This document shows positions 61,663 to 64,000 of a stretch of DNA of 64,000 nucleotides, one piece after another. Both the position numbers and the translations under genes were made by a program. The notes under the pieces were generated by a model. The model saw only the letters and a program-made list of their open reading frames with translations. It was not told the origin of the DNA and ran no database searches. Origin of the DNA: a virus; IMG/VR virus record IMGVR_UViG_3300037493_003260, positions 20,089 to 84,088 of that record; one strand, written 5' to 3'. Numbering within the stretch: position 1 is the first letter of the stretch; each line of letters starts with the position of its first letter.

Positions 61663-62271
61663 TTGTTTTCCCCTTCGGGTTTTTCAAATAAATGCAGGTC
61701 TATCCGCACGTTGTCAATGTCCTCTTGTGATATAGACCCCTGTATCTTTTTTATTTTCTGAATCTCAGCGTATTCGTTTCCCCCATAGCATTTAATATCG
61801 TTCATGTCCTCATCTGCTTTGATATACTGGGTCCAATAGGTAATAATGGTCAGCACATCGTTTAATCCCAACTCAAATTGTGTAGCCAAGGCTCCTGCGG
61901 TGGTGCCTGTCTTGACCAACTTGATGAAATCTATGCACGTCTGGTAAGGAATATAGCCATCCCTTGAATCGAAGCCCTCGTGTCCGTGGGCCTTCTTGTC
62001 AGCCTTCTTGGCTTTCTTTATGGATGCCTCATCCTTGAGCCACATCGTTAGGTTTGCTCCCTTCCAGAGTTTTTACTCGCAGGTCTAACGCTATAATTCG
62101 TTTGTGAAGACGTAGAATAACACGCCTGTCTTTTTTAAGTTGTGCTTCCATTGTACGGCAGTAGCGTGCCACGTCGCCTAAACAGGACAATTGTTTAAGC
62201 CAAGCGGCCTCGTCCGAAGAAAGTCTATTGTCTAGCTCAGCTGTTGTAGTTTTCTTGTCTTTTCGTTTCAT
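61659..62271 (-). CDS. Two hypothetical genes (61659-62045, 62029-62271)
   Basis: Coupled ORFs. Confidence 0.5.
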
Positions 62272-62272
62272 T

Positions 62273-63175
62273 TCACTGGTCCCTCAGTGAGTCCTTTAAT
62301 CGTTTCTTAAACATGTCCGCTGTACGTGAGCTGATTGCTTTCTTGGTATCAATATTCATTACAATCTCGCCAGCGGCTTCACGTTCAACATCTTCGAGCA
62401 TTGCAAAAATAACATCCCGTGTTTGCTCCACGTTAATTCCCTGTGGAAGCCTGCCCAAAACATGCCCCAAGCGCATTTCAGTGACATATTCAGTGGCTAT
62501 CTTTTTTGCGTCAGACATGACCTTCAGTTTGTCTGGTGAAACCTTTCGCACTGTCTCAGTTTCTCTAAACTCGTCCCGCTTATGCTTTGCAATGATACGT
62601 TCCCCGTTGTTCTTCCTCAGCTCAATTAACGGGCGCAGAACAATGCCCTCGCGCATGTGACCCTTACCCATACCATTTCGGACTGCCTGTACACTGTCTT
62701 TGTTCTTCTCTATATCCAGTGCTTCCAATGTGGTAGGGACCTGACTGTATGCTACAAAGTCTAAGCCAAACGCTCTGGCCACTGATTCGGCATCTGGCAC
62801 ATTGAGCCAGCAATATTCGCCCATTCGCACATCGAATGCAATAAACTTTAAATCAGGGCCGTACGTTTTTGACATACCCTGACACCTGCCCCCGTAGGCT
62901 TCCCCAAAAATGGTCATTTGATTAATGTCCATAGTCAGGAATTTCCGCTTCAATTCTTCGGCGTTAAACAGTTGCACAAACTTGTCGTACTGTTCACCAG
63001 AAAAGAAGCCAACAGTAGCGTCCAATGGCTTCTCTGCATCGGAAAGCGGGATTACGTCAATCAGTTTAAAACTGATGTGGGCACTCGTGCCGTGAATTTT
63101 TTCCATGGCATAGCACTCTTTAAACAGTAAAATATCCTGGCAAGCGTACAAGTTTTTAATGTGAAGATAGGCCAT
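62273..63175 (-). CDS. RNA ligase (Rnl2-like nucleotidyltransferase)
   Basis: EKIHGT, FGE..G, FIAFD, EGIVLRP, IAKHK. Confidence 0.82.
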   Translation of the reverse strand: MAYLHIKNLYACQDILLFKECYAMEKIHGTSAHISFKLIDVIPLSDAEKPLDATVGFFSGEQYDKFVQLFNAEELKRKFLTMDINQMTIFGEAYGGRCQGMSKTYGPDLKFIAFDVRMGEYCWLNVPDAESVARAFGLDFVAYSQVPTTLEALDIEKNKDSVQAVRNGMGKGHMREGIVLRPLIELRKNNGERIIAKHKRDEFRETETVRKVSPDKLKVMSDAKKIATEYVTEMRLGHVLGRLPQGINVEQTRDVIFAMLEDVEREAAGEIVMNIDTKKAISSRTADMFKKRLKDSLRDQ

Positions 63176-63477
63176 TTTATCCCCCCTTGACCTTTTTTAA
63201 ATGTACTGCTAGCTGGTCAATTGTATATATTCTAAAATCTGTTAGCATAGGCCGATTCAAACAGGCATATAGCCGATTCAATGCATCAATCAATGCCTGC
63301 TTCTCAACATCTGGTTTCAATATCTCGTCGCGGGTTACCAACTCTTTCTTTAACGTGCGTATTTGACGATTGAGCTGTAAGCGTTCAGGTGAATGCGGTT
63401 GTGTCTGGCGTTTCAGTTTCCGTAATGCCCGCAATTGCTTTTTGGTTTCCCGTTCTTGTGTCATAGCCAGCCTCCCC

Positions 63478-64000
63478 TTATCGTTTGTACATTTTTAGTT
63501 TAATGTGCGGATTAGCTACAATAATTTCCTGGCTAGAGTTACTGTATATAATCCCCGTTCCGTCTTTTGCAAAATTCTGCAAAGTGCCACCATGGAACCC
63601 CTGCAAAGTGCCACCACGGAAATTCTGCAAAGTGCCACCATAGAACCCCTGCAAAGTGCCACCATGGAACTCCTGCAAAGTGCCACCATAGAACCCCTGC
63701 AAAGTGCCACCATGGAACCTCTCCAAAGTGCCACCATGGAACTCCCGCAAAGTGCCACCAAGGAACTCCCGCAAAGTGCCACCAAAGAACTCCTGCAAAG
63801 TGCCACCATAGAACTCCACAACGATACCGCCAGTCCCAACAAACCAGCGTCCTGACGTAATATTATTGACGGTTCTGTTAATAACGAAGCGTTCTTTGAA
63901 TACGGTGGTAATTAGTTTCTTTACCTGTCTTTCAGCATCAGCCTCGTCAAACCATTCAGGTCTGTAATCTTGGTCAACTTGCAGTTTCCAGTTTTTTAGG
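63478..64000 (-). CDS. Repeat protein (5' end outside window)
   Basis: Frame is open from the window edge (LKNWKLQVDQDYRPEWFD...) into ten xFxGGTLx units. Confidence 0.75.
   Translation of the reverse strand, partial: LKNWKLQVDQDYRPEWFDEADAERQVKKLITTVFKERFVINRTVNNITSGRWFVGTGGIVVEFYGGTLQEFFGGTLREFLGGTLREFHGGTLERFHGGTLQGFYGGTLQEFHGGTLQGFYGGTLQNFRGGTLQGFHGGTLQNFAKDGTGIIYSNSSQEIIVANPHIKLKMYKR
63578..63817. repeat. 24-bp tandem repeat x10 (coding)
   Basis: caaagtgccacca core every 24 bp, no spacers. Confidence 0.9.

Noticed and set aside
63578-63817. 24-bp repeats as CRISPR array or DGR target
   Set aside because: Head-to-tail with no spacers and in-frame coding; no reverse transcriptase or template repeat in the window

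Overview
64 kb of a large tailed dsDNA phage genome; every credible gene is on the minus strand. In transcription order (right to left): an 8-aa-repeat protein, RNA ligase, DnaB helicase, DnaG primase, family A DNA polymerase fused to a family-4 UDG domain, RNA-repair and nucleotide enzymes, many small accessory genes, a Cas4-like nuclease, SSB, RuvC-like, RecA, SbcD/SbcC, an AAA+ ATPase, terminase (with intein), putative head-cargo proteins, a subtilase (with intein), portal, a MuF-like protein, prohead protease-scaffold, a Twort/SPO1-type major capsid gene split by two group I introns, a head-tail adaptor, collagen-like fibres and a glycosyltransferase. Best leads: (1) an unannotated ~280-nt pseudoknotted RNA at ~47.3-47.6 kb; (2) a three-exon capsid gene whose splice junctions can be read from P1/P10 pairing; (3) a small ORF that copies the capsid N-arm peptide; (4) lysine-site polyproteins that look like protease-released virion cargo; (5) an intein inside the subtilase catalytic HGTH motif; (6) accessory genes built from identical DNA junction repeats. 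Family calls come from motif recognition by eye; no database searches were run.
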